Numbered from the stretch's first letter, positions 31,651 to 41,414 are shown. The stretch is DNA of 64,000 bases from Candidatus Latescibacterota bacterium (GCA_965204745.1 OZ242010.1:3659767-3723766); one strand, 5' to 3'. Made by a program: numbers and translations. The notes: generated from the sequence alone by a model not told the origin.

Positions 31651-32643
31651 ATGCTACGCACCTGCGTCATCGGCCTCGGCCCAATCGGCAACCGGCACGC
31701 CGACATCTACGTCGAAAATGAACGCGCCGAACTCATCGGCGTGTGCGACATTGACGAAACCCGCGCCAATGCCGCCGCCGCCCGCTTGGGCATAACCGCA
31801 TTTTACAATGTTCAGAAAATGCTCGATGAATGCCGGCCCGATGTGGTCAGCGTGGCCACGGGCGGGTATGAATACAGCAGCGACCACTACGCGCCCACCA
31901 TGCAAGCCCTCGAGGCGGGTTGCCACGTCTTAGGCGAAAAGCCCATCTCCAACAGCATTGCCCACGGCGGAGAAATGGTCGCCAAAGCCAAAGAAATGGG
32001 CGTGTGTTATGGCATTGACCTCAACCACCGCTTTACCCCTGCGGCGCGCCTCGCCAAGAAGTGGGTGGACGAAGGCCGCTTGGGCCATCTGCTCTTTGTC
32101 AACATGGCGATGTGGATCATGAACCCGGCAGAGAGTTCGCCGTATTACCACCTCAAAGCCCTGCATCCGCACACGATTGACGTGATGCGCTATTTTTGCG
32201 GGGATGTGGAAGCGGTTCACTGTTTTGCCACCAAAGCGCCGGGGCGCGCGATCTGGTCGACCGCGCAGTTCAACATGCGGTTCACAAACGGCGTGGTCGG
32301 CTCGCTCACGGGCAGTTACGACATCGAGCGCGGCCATCCGATGGAACGTTGCGAAGTCGCAGGCACAGGCGGGCGGTTTGTCCTCGAAGACATGTGGCAC
32401 GAACTCACCTTGTACCCGGCGGGCGAGTTGGAAAAAACCGTGTACACGGACCCGGCATTTGGCGGGTTTGGCGATTTTATCGACACGTTCCGAGACCGCA
32501 TCGACACCTTTCTCCGCGAGGTCGGCGCCGGGGTCGCGCCCGAGGATATCGACGGCTCTGCCGAAGATGCCTTGGCCGCGCAAAAAGTCATTGCCGCAGC
32601 CATAGAATCGCTGGATGCGGAAACCGTTGTTTACGTGAAATAG
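31651..32643 (+). CDS. Gfo/Idh/MocA family oxidoreductase
   Basis: N-terminal Rossmann fold VIGLGPIGNRHA. EKP catalytic motif (HVLGEKP). Confidence 0.8.
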   Translation: MLRTCVIGLGPIGNRHADIYVENERAELIGVCDIDETRANAAAARLGITAFYNVQKMLDECRPDVVSVATGGYEYSSDHYAPTMQALEAGCHVLGEKPISNSIAHGGEMVAKAKEMGVCYGIDLNHRFTPAARLAKKWVDEGRLGHLLFVNMAMWIMNPAESSPYYHLKALHPHTIDVMRYFCGDVEAVHCFATKAPGRAIWSTAQFNMRFTNGVVGSLTGSYDIERGHPMERCEVAGTGGRFVLEDMWHELTLYPAGELEKTVYTDPAFGGFGDFIDTFRDRIDTFLREVGAGVAPEDIDGSAEDALAAQKVIAAAIESLDAETVVYVK

Positions 32644-32651
32644 GAGTCATC

Positions 32652-33701
32652 ATGGACAAAGTTCACATCGGCGTCATCAGCCACGCGCACGGACACATCA
32701 ACACCTATTGCGGTCAGATGCAGCAATTTGACGACGTGGCACTCGTCGCCACCTGGGACGACAATGAAGACCGCGGGCGCGCCAATGCCGACAAATTCGG
32801 TTTGGAATTTCGCACGTCAGCAGACGCGGTGCTCAACGATCCCGACATCGACACGGTCATGATCGGCATCGAGACCAACCGGCATGCGGACTACGCGCAG
32901 ATGGCCGCACAGGCGGGCAAAAACATCTTGCTTCAAAAACCCATGGCCACCACCCTCGAAGATTGCGACCGAATCATCGACGCGGTGAACGACTCGGGCG
33001 TCAAGTTCAGCATGGCCTTTCAGATGCGCCAGGATCCGGTCAATCGCAAAATCAAAGCCCTGGTGGAGCGCGGCACAGTGGGCGAGATCGCGGTTGTTCG
33101 CCGGCGACATTGCATCCCGGTGTTGCTCAATCCCCGCTTTGCCACGAGCGCGTCCAAATGGCACCTCGACCCGGTCGCCAACATCGGCATGTATTTCGAC
33201 GACGCCATCCACGCCGCGGACTGGTTCTACTGGATCTTTGGCCGCCCGGTGTCCGTGATGGCCGAGATCGACAGCGTTGTGACGAATTTCGCGCCCGACG
33301 ACAATGGCGTCGCGATTTTCCGGTTTGAAACCGGGATGATGGGCATTTTGTTCAACGGCTCGACCACGGTCGCAGGCGTCAACACCACGGAAATCTACGG
33401 GGACGAGGGCAGCATCATCCAAGACTACGGGGACGCGCCTTCCACGTCTGCGCCGCGTGCCCAAGACGCTGTGCCGCTCAAGTACATCCGGCGCGGCGAC
33501 GAGTGCTGGACCGAGTTCAAAATGGACATTCCCAGCGGGCAGGGCGAGCGCATCGCGGCCATTCCCCGGCCGTTCATCGACTACATCCGCGGCCTGAGCG
33601 ACGAGCGCGTCTCTGCGGAAGATGGGCGCGTTTCCGTAGAAATGATCCTCGCCGCCTATCAATCGGCCAAAGACGGCCGCCGAATTTATTTTTCGGATTG
33701 A
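32652..33701 (+). CDS. Gfo/Idh/MocA family oxidoreductase
   Basis: TAGGAG RBS then ATG 32652. IGVISHAHGH...LLQKP. The track extension from 32196 overlaps the upstream gene. Confidence 0.8.
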   Translation: MDKVHIGVISHAHGHINTYCGQMQQFDDVALVATWDDNEDRGRANADKFGLEFRTSADAVLNDPDIDTVMIGIETNRHADYAQMAAQAGKNILLQKPMATTLEDCDRIIDAVNDSGVKFSMAFQMRQDPVNRKIKALVERGTVGEIAVVRRRHCIPVLLNPRFATSASKWHLDPVANIGMYFDDAIHAADWFYWIFGRPVSVMAEIDSVVTNFAPDDNGVAIFRFETGMMGILFNGSTTVAGVNTTEIYGDEGSIIQDYGDAPSTSAPRAQDAVPLKYIRRGDECWTEFKMDIPSGQGERIAAIPRPFIDYIRGLSDERVSAEDGRVSVEMILAAYQSAKDGRRIYFSD

Positions 33702-33788
33702 GAGGAGAGAAACGCGGAGAAATCGTCCGCATTGAAGCACGCCCGTAGTTTTGTTTTTCAACGCCAATCCTCATTCAAAGGACAACCC

Positions 33789-34433
33789 ATGCATCAAACC
33801 TATCCGGATCTCGACGCGTACAGGCGGGAGGTTTTCGCCCGTGAAGATGAGTTGCTCAAGGGCCTTATGCCCGCAGCGGTCGAACAGGGCATTCCGCGCA
33901 TCTCCGTCAGCCCCGAAGCCGGGCAAACCCTGTATTTGCTCGCCAAAGCCATCGGCGCGAAAAAAATCCTCGAATTTGGCGCGCTCGCCGGCTACTCGGG
34001 CATCTGGCTCGCCCGCGCCCTGCCCGCAGACGGTCGATTCATCACCTTGGAAATCGAACCCAAACACGCCGAAGTCACGCGGCGCAATTACGAAAACGCC
34101 GGGCTGTCAGCCCGAACAGAAGTGCGGTTGGGAGACGGGGCAACCCTGATGAAAGACGCGGTGCAGGACGGCCCGTTTGACCTCGTCTTCATCGACGCAG
34201 ACAAGGAAAACTATCCCACGTACCTCGACTTTGCCCTTGAAAACACGCGCCCGGGCGGCCTCATCATCGCCGACAATGCCAACGGGCACGGGCACGCGCA
34301 CCGCGCACTTCCCAAAGGCGACGGTCGCCGCGGCATCCAGGACTACAACCACCGAGTCGCCAACCATCCCAAACTCGTCTCCAACATCATCCCGGTCGGG
34401 GGCTGGCTCGCGGTCTCGCTCGTTTTGGAATGA
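33789..34433 (+). CDS. Class I SAM-dependent O-methyltransferase (family 3, caffeoyl-CoA OMT-like)
   Basis: ILEFGALAGYSGIWLA SAM motif and DLVFIDADKENY. Confidence 0.7.
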   Translation: MHQTYPDLDAYRREVFAREDELLKGLMPAAVEQGIPRISVSPEAGQTLYLLAKAIGAKKILEFGALAGYSGIWLARALPADGRFITLEIEPKHAEVTRRNYENAGLSARTEVRLGDGATLMKDAVQDGPFDLVFIDADKENYPTYLDFALENTRPGGLIIADNANGHGHAHRALPKGDGRRGIQDYNHRVANHPKLVSNIIPVGGWLAVSLVLE

Positions 34434-34480
34434 ATGGTAGGGACATGGCCCCGTGCTCACCCGAAGAAAGGAGGTCGCGC

Positions 34481-34951
34481 ATGGCGTTTGAAGCGCGGAT
34501 CGAAGGCATCTTTATCGACAGCCAATTTGAAGAGCAAGTCGTCATGCTCAAAGAAAAGGATGGGCACCGCCGCGTGCCCATCTGGATTCAAATGGGCGAA
34601 ATGCTCGCGCTCGCCCTTCAGTTGGCCGGCACTGAACCCCCGCGGCCGTTTGCACACGACTTGATCCGCACGGTCCTCCGCAACCTGCAAGCGCGTGTTC
34701 GCCATGTGGTCATCGCGGATATCGTCGATCACATCTACCACGCGCGCGTGTCTCTCACAGCGCCCGAAACCCCTTTGGACGTTGACGCCCGGCCGAGCGA
34801 CGCGATCTTGCTGGCACTCAAATTCGACGCGCCCATTTACGTCGCCAATCGGGTCGCAGACAAGAACGCCGCACGCGACTACTCGCCCGAACTCCTGCAA
34901 CAACGGCTACAACAACTGCGCCCGGAAGATTTTATCAACTTCGTCCGATGA
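34481..34951 (+). CDS. Bifunctional nuclease (BFN/DUF151) family protein
   Basis: GAAAGGAGG RBS. Typical BFN blocks (KDGHRRVPIWI, HVVIADIVDHIYHARV). Confidence 0.6.
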   Translation: MAFEARIEGIFIDSQFEEQVVMLKEKDGHRRVPIWIQMGEMLALALQLAGTEPPRPFAHDLIRTVLRNLQARVRHVVIADIVDHIYHARVSLTAPETPLDVDARPSDAILLALKFDAPIYVANRVADKNAARDYSPELLQQRLQQLRPEDFINFVR

Positions 34952-36159
34952 AAAAATTACCCATACTCCTGCTTTGCCTCTGCATTCAGGCGTCCGCAGA
35001 GCGAGCCGGTCGAGAATTGCCCGCACGCCATAAAATCGGCATCATCGCCCCGTTGGGCACGCCACACGGCGAAGCCCTACGCAACGGCATTTTGATCGCC
35101 CGCGACCACACCCCCCTCGCAGAACCGGTCGGCTTGGTATTTGAAGACTCTGAAGGCGATCCCATTCGCGCAGTGCGCGCCGCGCAACGCCTCGTTGAAG
35201 ACCGCGAGGTCATCGCGATCATCGGCGCGCTCACCAGCGCGGAAACCACGCCTATCGCGGCCCTGCTCGGCGTGCAAGAAATGCCCTTGGTGGCCCCAAC
35301 CGCGTCAGACGACGGCATTGCCTCGCTCAGCCCGTACATTTTTCAAGTCAACGCCACCCCCGGCGCGCAGGGCCGCCGCATCGCAGAACACGCTGTACGC
35401 GAACAGGGCTTGCGAACACTGGCAACCCTCGCGTCTCGAGATGGGTATGGCAGGCGCATCGCCCGCGAATTTACGACCAAAGCCGAGGATCTCGGCGCCG
35501 AGGTCCTCATCCAAGAATGGTACGAGCCGGGCACGACGGACTATCGCCGCCAATTCGAGCGCATTCGCAGCATGGGCTTGGCACTGCGTCCGCCCGCTGA
35601 CCTCGCTTCGGAAATTGACGCTTTGATCCTCGGCGATTTGTACGTCGCACCGCCCCTGGTCGAGGTCGATCCGGATACGGCCCAAGCCGACGTGGTCGAG
35701 ACCTTAGACGGCATTCTCATCGCGGGCGATGATGCGGACATCTTGCTCATCGCCCCGCAATTTCACTCCGCACTGGTCGCTTCCCAAGTGCTCGGCAGCG
35801 ATGGTTGGAACCACGCCGAAGTCGCGCGAGATGGCGGCACTTACGTGGAGGGCGCGGTTTTTGTCGGCAAATACTACGAACAAAGTCCCCTCGAATCCGT
35901 GCAATTTTTCGTCAACGCGTACCGCTCGCGCTTTGGCACGGACCAAAATATCGTCTCGGCCCTCGGGCACGACGCCATGCTGTCAATCCTGCACGGCATC
36001 AACGCAGGCGGCACCACCCGCGCCCTCCTGCGCGACCGCCTCGAAACCCTGACCGACCTCCCCGGCGCAACCGGCAAAATCTCCTTTGCCCCAGGCAATC
36101 GAGAAAATGGCTGGCTACACATGCTCACCATCCGGAAGGGGAAAATAGAACTGTATTGA
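34948..36159 (+). CDS. ABC transporter substrate-binding protein (type I periplasmic-binding fold, Liv-like)
   Basis: Signal peptide MKKLPILLLCLCIQASA. Periplasmic-binding-protein architecture. Confidence 0.6.
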   Translation: MKKLPILLLCLCIQASAERAGRELPARHKIGIIAPLGTPHGEALRNGILIARDHTPLAEPVGLVFEDSEGDPIRAVRAAQRLVEDREVIAIIGALTSAETTPIAALLGVQEMPLVAPTASDDGIASLSPYIFQVNATPGAQGRRIAEHAVREQGLRTLATLASRDGYGRRIAREFTTKAEDLGAEVLIQEWYEPGTTDYRRQFERIRSMGLALRPPADLASEIDALILGDLYVAPPLVEVDPDTAQADVVETLDGILIAGDDADILLIAPQFHSALVASQVLGSDGWNHAEVARDGGTYVEGAVFVGKYYEQSPLESVQFFVNAYRSRFGTDQNIVSALGHDAMLSILHGINAGGTTRALLRDRLETLTDLPGATGKISFAPGNRENGWLHMLTIRKGKIELY

Positions 36160-36227
36160 GGCGAAAGAGGCGAGAATAGAAGGGCGCGGCCCCGTGTGGT
36201 CATCACCCATAACATCGAGGAGAGGCA

Positions 36228-36578
36228 ATGATCAATTTTTACACATGGAGCAGATGAAGCACCTGTCGCAAGGTGAAAGCGTGGCTTTCGCGAGAAGGTG
36301 TGGAGGTGGTGGAGCGGGACTTTTTTCGGGATGGATTTACAGAGTCAGAGCTTCGAGCTTTGCTCGGGGACATGCCGCCGGGCGACGTCTTCTCGTGGCG
36401 CAGTCCGTCTGCGCGTGCGCTGAACCTCGACCGCGATGCGGTGTCCGCAGATGAACTGATTCGCCTGATGGTGGAACAACCTCGCCTGATCCGCCGGCCC
36501 TTGATCCGCGCAGGCGGGCGCCTGATGGTGGGCACGGACAAGGCGGCGATGGCAGAGGTCTTTCCCGGTTTCGCGTGA
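36228..36578 (+). CDS. ArsC/Spx/YffB-family thioredoxin-fold protein with an in-frame UGA (candidate selenocysteine) at the catalytic Cys position
   Basis: AGGAGAGG RBS then ATG 36228. MINFYTWSR-[TGA]-STCRKVKAWLSREGVEVVERDFF... aligns with Spx [20 protein letters not shown], giving a U-x-x-C motif. Same frame as the track ORF 36273..36578. A hairpin UCGC-AAGGU-GAAAGC-GUG-GCUUUC-GCGA starts 9 nt after the UGA. Confidence 0.6.
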
Positions 36579-36605
36579 TGCGCTTGCAAAAAAAGGATTT
36601 TGCCG

Positions 36606-38303
36606 ATGAATTTCACCGCCAACAACAACACGTTTCGCCAGTTGATGGGCAATGGCCTGAGTTATCGCGTGCCGCAATTTCAACGCGATTATTCCTGGGG
36701 CCCGGACGAATGGGACGATCTGTGGCAAGACATGGTCGGGCTGTTTGGCGAAGACCCGGAACCCGCGCATTACATGGGCTACTTGGTGTTGCAATCGTCC
36801 GACAACCGGGCGTTCGACATCATCGACGGACAGCAACGCATGACAACGCTGAGCTTGTTGATGCTGGCGGCAGTGGCGCATCTGAAAGACTTGGCAGTGC
36901 CGAATGACCCCAATGATCCGCAACACCGACGCGCAGAACAACTGCGAAACAATTACATCGGGTACCTCGATCCGGTGACGCTGGTGCCGCGCTCCAAGTT
37001 GACGCTGAACCGGCACAACGACCGCTTTTACCAGAATTACCTCGTGCCCCTTGAGCACCTGCCGCAAAGGGGGCTGAATGCTTCGGAACGCCTATTGCGA
37101 AGGGCGTTTCAGTGGTTTGGGGAACGCATCGTGGCATACGCGGGAAATGATGGCGAAGCGGTGGCGCGCTTTGTCGATAGCGCCGTTGATAAGTTGTTTT
37201 TTACGGTGATCACGGTGACGGACGAGTTGAATGCGTTCAAGGTCTTCGAGACCCTGAATGCGCGGGGCGTGCGCCTGTCTGCCACCGATTTGTTGAAAAA
37301 CTACCTGTTTTCCATGGTCTCGAGGGACGGCGTACACGAATCGGAAATCGAGGCATTAGAAGAACGCTGGGAGAGCATCGTCGGGCTGTTGGGCAGTGAG
37401 CGTTTTCCCGAGTTTTTGCGCGTCTATTGGAACAGCCACAATAGGTTGGTCCGCAAGGCCGATTTGTTCAAAACCATCCGCAATGCGATCCGCGACAAGT
37501 CCCAAGCCTTTGCCTTGATCCGCGCGATGGACCGGCATGCACGGGTGTACGCGGCATTGCGAAACCCAGAAGACGATTCGTGGACAGCCGCAGAGCGCGA
37601 CAGCCTATCCCAGTTGCTTATGTTCGACGTGCGCCAGCCCTTGGCCTTATTGCTGGCGGCCTTTGATCGATTCGCCGAAGACGACAGGGCCGGCCTCGGG
37701 CGTTTTCTTCGGGCTATTGCCGTGGTGTCTTTCCGCTACAACGCGATCTGCGGTTACCCGAGCAACGAGCAAGAGACGATGTACAACCGCATCGCACGCA
37801 ACATATCAACGGGCCAGATCGCCAATGCGACCGCCGCCATTGCGGAACTGAGGCCGGTTTATCCCGATGACGCAAAATTTAAGGCCGCGTTCGCCGACAA
37901 GGTGTTGCGAACCACCAGCAGTCGCGACAAAAAGGTGGCGCGCTTCATCCTGTTCCGACTCGAGGAGCAGTTGTCCGGCAATCGCTTTGATATTGAGAGC
38001 GCGAAATACAACATCGAGCATGTGTTGCCAGAAAGCCCCGGCAACGGCTGGGACCAATTCGACGATCAGCAACGCGATGCGTTCACCCATCGTTTGGGCA
38101 ACCTGACGCTTTTGGCAACAGCGGATAATCGCACCTTGGGAAATACCTCCTTTTTAGAAAAGCGTCCCATTTACCAAAAAAGCCAATTTGCCATCACGCG
38201 CAAATTGGCTGAAAATTTCGATGCCTGGACCGCAGAAAAAATTCGTTCACACCAGACCTGGATGGGCAAACAAGCCACGGCCATCTGGCGCGTCAATTTC
38301 TGA
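36606..38303 (+). CDS. GmrSD-family type IV (modification-dependent) restriction endonuclease, DUF262 + DUF1524
   Basis: N-terminal ParB/Srx-like DUF262 with IDGQQR. C-terminal His-Me finger (DUF1524: EHVLPES...W...HRLGNLTLL...NR.LGN). Confidence 0.75.
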   Translation: MNFTANNNTFRQLMGNGLSYRVPQFQRDYSWGPDEWDDLWQDMVGLFGEDPEPAHYMGYLVLQSSDNRAFDIIDGQQRMTTLSLLMLAAVAHLKDLAVPNDPNDPQHRRAEQLRNNYIGYLDPVTLVPRSKLTLNRHNDRFYQNYLVPLEHLPQRGLNASERLLRRAFQWFGERIVAYAGNDGEAVARFVDSAVDKLFFTVITVTDELNAFKVFETLNARGVRLSATDLLKNYLFSMVSRDGVHESEIEALEERWESIVGLLGSERFPEFLRVYWNSHNRLVRKADLFKTIRNAIRDKSQAFALIRAMDRHARVYAALRNPEDDSWTAAERDSLSQLLMFDVRQPLALLLAAFDRFAEDDRAGLGRFLRAIAVVSFRYNAICGYPSNEQETMYNRIARNISTGQIANATAAIAELRPVYPDDAKFKAAFADKVLRTTSSRDKKVARFILFRLEEQLSGNRFDIESAKYNIEHVLPESPGNGWDQFDDQQRDAFTHRLGNLTLLATADNRTLGNTSFLEKRPIYQKSQFAITRKLAENFDAWTAEKIRSHQTWMGKQATAIWRVNF

Positions 38304-38396
38304 TAGGGAAGTGATGTCTAGCCAAACCGAGTTGTCAACGTTTGAGCCGCTGGTATTCCCGACGCGCTTCCATCAGGGAAGGCGGCACAGATCCTC

Positions 38397-38420
38397 AAAT
38401 TACCGAGCACTCGGTAATTT
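38397..38420. promoter_or_regulatory. Perfect 10-bp-arm palindrome aattaccgag-cact-ctcggtaatt upstream of the 38450 gene
   Basis: Sits between the gmrSD stop and the next start. Operator-like symmetry, or a hairpin. Confidence 0.3.
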
Positions 38421-38449
38421 GAATCACTCACTTTTCATGGAGGTGTATC

Positions 38450-39094
38450 ATGTTTCGCATCTTGCTTTTAATTTTCAAGGAGATTTTTGGTAAGCCAGCC
38501 CCTCGCGCCCACAAGGCAAGGCAACCTGAAAAGGAACACAAAGATCGGGGTGAATCGTATGATGAGTTGCTAAAAAAAGCAACAGCACTGAAGCGGCAGG
38601 GGGATATTGATGGGGCTTTGGCCCAGATCGACAAGGCGATCTCCGTGGCCTCTGTGGGCGACCGTGGGCGACCACAGGCCCAAAAAAAGCGCATCTACTA
38701 CCTCCTTTTGTCAAAAAGACAAGAGGAGGCACTGAAAACTGCAGGACAGATTATCGCGGAAGCCCCCAACGAAGCCCAAAGCAGAGCTCTTGTTGGGACA
38801 TGTTATTTTTTTGGTTATGAGCAACGGGCGCGCGTACTGTTTTCAATGAAAAAGTTTGTCGAGTCGTTTTTGGATCATGTCCGTGCTGTCTGGCACTGGC
38901 AGGATGCAATGTCGATTCAGGGCAGAACATCGGACGAGCATACACCAGAAAAAGCGGCTGAAACCTTGCGTCAGGAGGCTATGAGATGCAAAATTTCCAT
39001 TCATGATCCTGATGTTTTCATGGGGGCGGCAATGGATGGCCTTGACGATCCAGATCCCGAATTGATGGTAGACAGATTCCGTCCACTCTTGTAA
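38450..39094 (+). CDS. Hypothetical protein, possibly TPR-like, in a low-GC islet
   Basis: 214-aa ORF in AT-rich DNA. Lys/Ala-rich helical repeats (LKKATALKRQGDIDGALAQIDKAI). Confidence 0.45.
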   Translation: MFRILLLIFKEIFGKPAPRAHKARQPEKEHKDRGESYDELLKKATALKRQGDIDGALAQIDKAISVASVGDRGRPQAQKKRIYYLLLSKRQEEALKTAGQIIAEAPNEAQSRALVGTCYFFGYEQRARVLFSMKKFVESFLDHVRAVWHWQDAMSIQGRTSDEHTPEKAAETLRQEAMRCKISIHDPDVFMGAAMDGLDDPDPELMVDRFRPLL

Positions 39095-39200
39095 AACCAA
39101 TCCCTGGTCTCTAGGAGGTGATCGAATCCGCGATAGCGCAGGAATCGACGCACGAAACAGTCCGTCTGACTATCCTCGCAGAGAAGGACGATACTCACGC

Positions 39201-40304
39201 TCATTCGTCCCACCCCCTGGCAATAGATTCGGAGAGCGACAGCCCGTCAACGGCGCGTTTTGGTTCGTCGCTGACACGCACGGGGCCGTCGTCTTGCCGG
39301 GAGAACCACTTGCCGTTGGCACCTGCCATATAATCGATTAAAACCGGGTGATGAGAGACGATGGCGATCTGTTCCAACGATTCTCCACAGCACGCAACCG
39401 CCGCCGCAACCCAAGGCTGAATTTCCGTTAGGGCAAGATAGTTCTCAGGCTCGTCAATAAACAGGGAAACCCGACGGTCTTTTGGGATAAAAATCAGACT
39501 GTACAATGCGATCAGGGTTTTCTGACCGTCGGAAAGTTGGTCGAATCCATATCTGACCAGATCGCTGGATGGGCTGCGAAATACCGCCTTGAGGGCGCGC
39601 GTGTTCTCTCCGGATTTCATCAGGTTGATCGAATCGAATCCGGGAAGGGCTTTGCCGAGTTCGCGGAACAGCGTGACGATTGAACCCATGTTTTCCTGAG
39701 AGGCGTGCCCGTACCATCCGACAAAATTCTGCATCAAAGGCGCCAAAAACTCATCTTCTGTTTTGGTTTCCAACGCGAAGAGCGGGGGGCAGGGGCTAAC
39801 GATGATGCAGTTGGCAATTTCCCTTTTGAATCGGGTCAATTTTCGGTTGTCGTGCCGCTCGTTCAAGACGCCGATTCCGGACTGCGCCCAGTCAAATGGA
39901 TACAAAGGGCCCTGCGTATAATCATCGTGATACAACTGGGCTTGGCCCTTGTGGAAAACAAACAGCGGTTTTCCGTCATGATCGAGTCTCTCGTTGCCAA
40001 TTCGCATTTGGTTGCGTGCGAGGTCGTGTTCAACTGTCAGCGCGTAACAATAGGCGTGCCCATCGATCTGCATTTCGATTTCGAATCGCTGTTCGTCGCT
40101 GTTTTCTCTCAAGGAGAGATCGCGTGCGGGAAACACCTCGTCAACTTTCAATCCGCGCACGACCAGATCCTGAATTTTCCTCAGCACACTCAAGACCGAT
40201 GTCTTACCCGTGCCATTGGCACCGAGGAAGATGTTTATCTCGCCGAGTTTGAGTTCGAAATTGGTCAAACATCGAAAATTATCGGCATAGAATCTCTGAA
40301 TCAT
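39201..40304 (-). CDS. AAA_21/AAA_15-type ABC-like ATPase (defence-associated family)
   Basis: Walker A GANGTGKTS, ABC-signature-like LSDGQKT, Walker B LFIDEPE, H-loop VSHHP. Confidence 0.7.
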   Translation of the reverse strand: MIQRFYADNFRCLTNFELKLGEINIFLGANGTGKTSVLSVLRKIQDLVVRGLKVDEVFPARDLSLRENSDEQRFEIEMQIDGHAYCYALTVEHDLARNQMRIGNERLDHDGKPLFVFHKGQAQLYHDDYTQGPLYPFDWAQSGIGVLNERHDNRKLTRFKREIANCIIVSPCPPLFALETKTEDEFLAPLMQNFVGWYGHASQENMGSIVTLFRELGKALPGFDSINLMKSGENTRALKAVFRSPSSDLVRYGFDQLSDGQKTLIALYSLIFIPKDRRVSLFIDEPENYLALTEIQPWVAAAVACCGESLEQIAIVSHHPVLIDYMAGANGKWFSRQDDGPVRVSDEPKRAVDGLSLSESIARGWDE

Positions 40305-40355
40305 TGGACATCCTCACACTCGTCAGATCGCCGGTCGTCTTCCTCTTGCGGACGC

Positions 40356-41414
40356 TTACCCCACCTCAATTTCTCGGCCCGTGCGGCCGGATTCAAATAC
40401 GGCATTGATGATTTCCACGGCGTGGCGCGCGCTTTCGAGGCCGATCATGGGATCGCGGTCTTCGTTGATGGCCGCGACCAAGTCCTCGATGATCAGGGTG
40501 TGCCCGTCTGAACTGACTGCCATCGGGTCTGCGGAGATGTTCTTCTGTTTGTCTTCCCGGCTGCCGTACAGGCCGAGCATCTCCGCTTCTTCTGCGGCCT
40601 CGTTCTCGCCCTGAATTTTCCACGCGATCAACTTGGACGCATCTTTCATAATGGACCCATTCGCGCCGTAAATGGTCACCAGTTGGGGCAGGCCGGGATA
40701 GCAACAGGTCGTCGTATAAACCGTGCCAATCGCGCCATTCTTGAATTTGAACAGGGCCACAGTCTGATCCTCGGCTTCGATGTCGTGCCCAAAAACGCCG
40801 AACATGCCCATCACAGACGCGACACCGCCGGCGAGCCATTGGATCAGATCGACGGTATGCACCCCCTGATTCATCAACGAGCCGCCGCCATCGAGATCCC
40901 ACGTTCCCTTCCACAAGCCGTGCGCGCCCTGATAATAACTCTGTGCGCGATACCACGGCAAATGCCCATGAACGCCGATCAACTTGCCCAACTTGCCGCT
41001 GTCAATCGCCGCTTTGATGCGCTTGTTCAAGGGATCCAGCCGCGCTTGAAAAATACACCCGACCTTGACGCCCGCATCTTTCACCGCGCCGATGAGTTGA
41101 TCCACGCGCTCGGGCGTGATATCCGCGGGCTTCTCCACGACCATGTGCTTGCCCGCATCTGCGGCCTGAATCCCCAGCGCGGCGTGCTTGCCGGACTCCA
41201 CGCAAATGTTGACGACTTGCACGTCATCGTCCCGAAGCATCTCTTCGTAACTCGTGTACGCCTTGCACCCATGTTGCTCGGCCACCGGCCCCAAACGATC
41301 TTCATCCACATCGCACACCGCCACCAACTTCGCGCCCGCGGCCTCTGTGACAGACCGACAATGGTGCTTGCCCATCCCCAGTCCAACAATGCCAAATCCC
41401 AGTTCTTTTGCCAT
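40356..41414 (-). CDS. Gfo/Idh/MocA family oxidoreductase
   Basis: GFGIVGLGMGKHH Rossmann fold. VVEKP. GGGAGG RBS before ATG 41414. Confidence 0.8.
   Translation of the reverse strand: MAKELGFGIVGLGMGKHHCRSVTEAAGAKLVAVCDVDEDRLGPVAEQHGCKAYTSYEEMLRDDDVQVVNICVESGKHAALGIQAADAGKHMVVEKPADITPERVDQLIGAVKDAGVKVGCIFQARLDPLNKRIKAAIDSGKLGKLIGVHGHLPWYRAQSYYQGAHGLWKGTWDLDGGGSLMNQGVHTVDLIQWLAGGVASVMGMFGVFGHDIEAEDQTVALFKFKNGAIGTVYTTTCCYPGLPQLVTIYGANGSIMKDASKLIAWKIQGENEAAEEAEMLGLYGSREDKQKNISADPMAVSSDGHTLIIEDLVAAINEDRDPMIGLESARHAVEIINAVFESGRTGREIEVG

Noticed and set aside
36194-36454. 86-aa ORF MWSSPITSRRGNDQFLHMEQ... and the GTG-36273 call for the ArsC-like gene
   Set aside because: The alternative frame has no RBS or homology. 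The biologically coherent model is ATG 36228 with read-through of the in-frame TGA, reported as a selenoprotein candidate.
38750-39213. Minus-strand ORF fragments downstream of the AAA ATPase as a decayed nuclease partner
   Set aside because: They overlap a more convincing 214-aa plus-strand ORF in AT-rich DNA and are fragmented by stops. Mentioned only as a possibility in the defence-islet finding.
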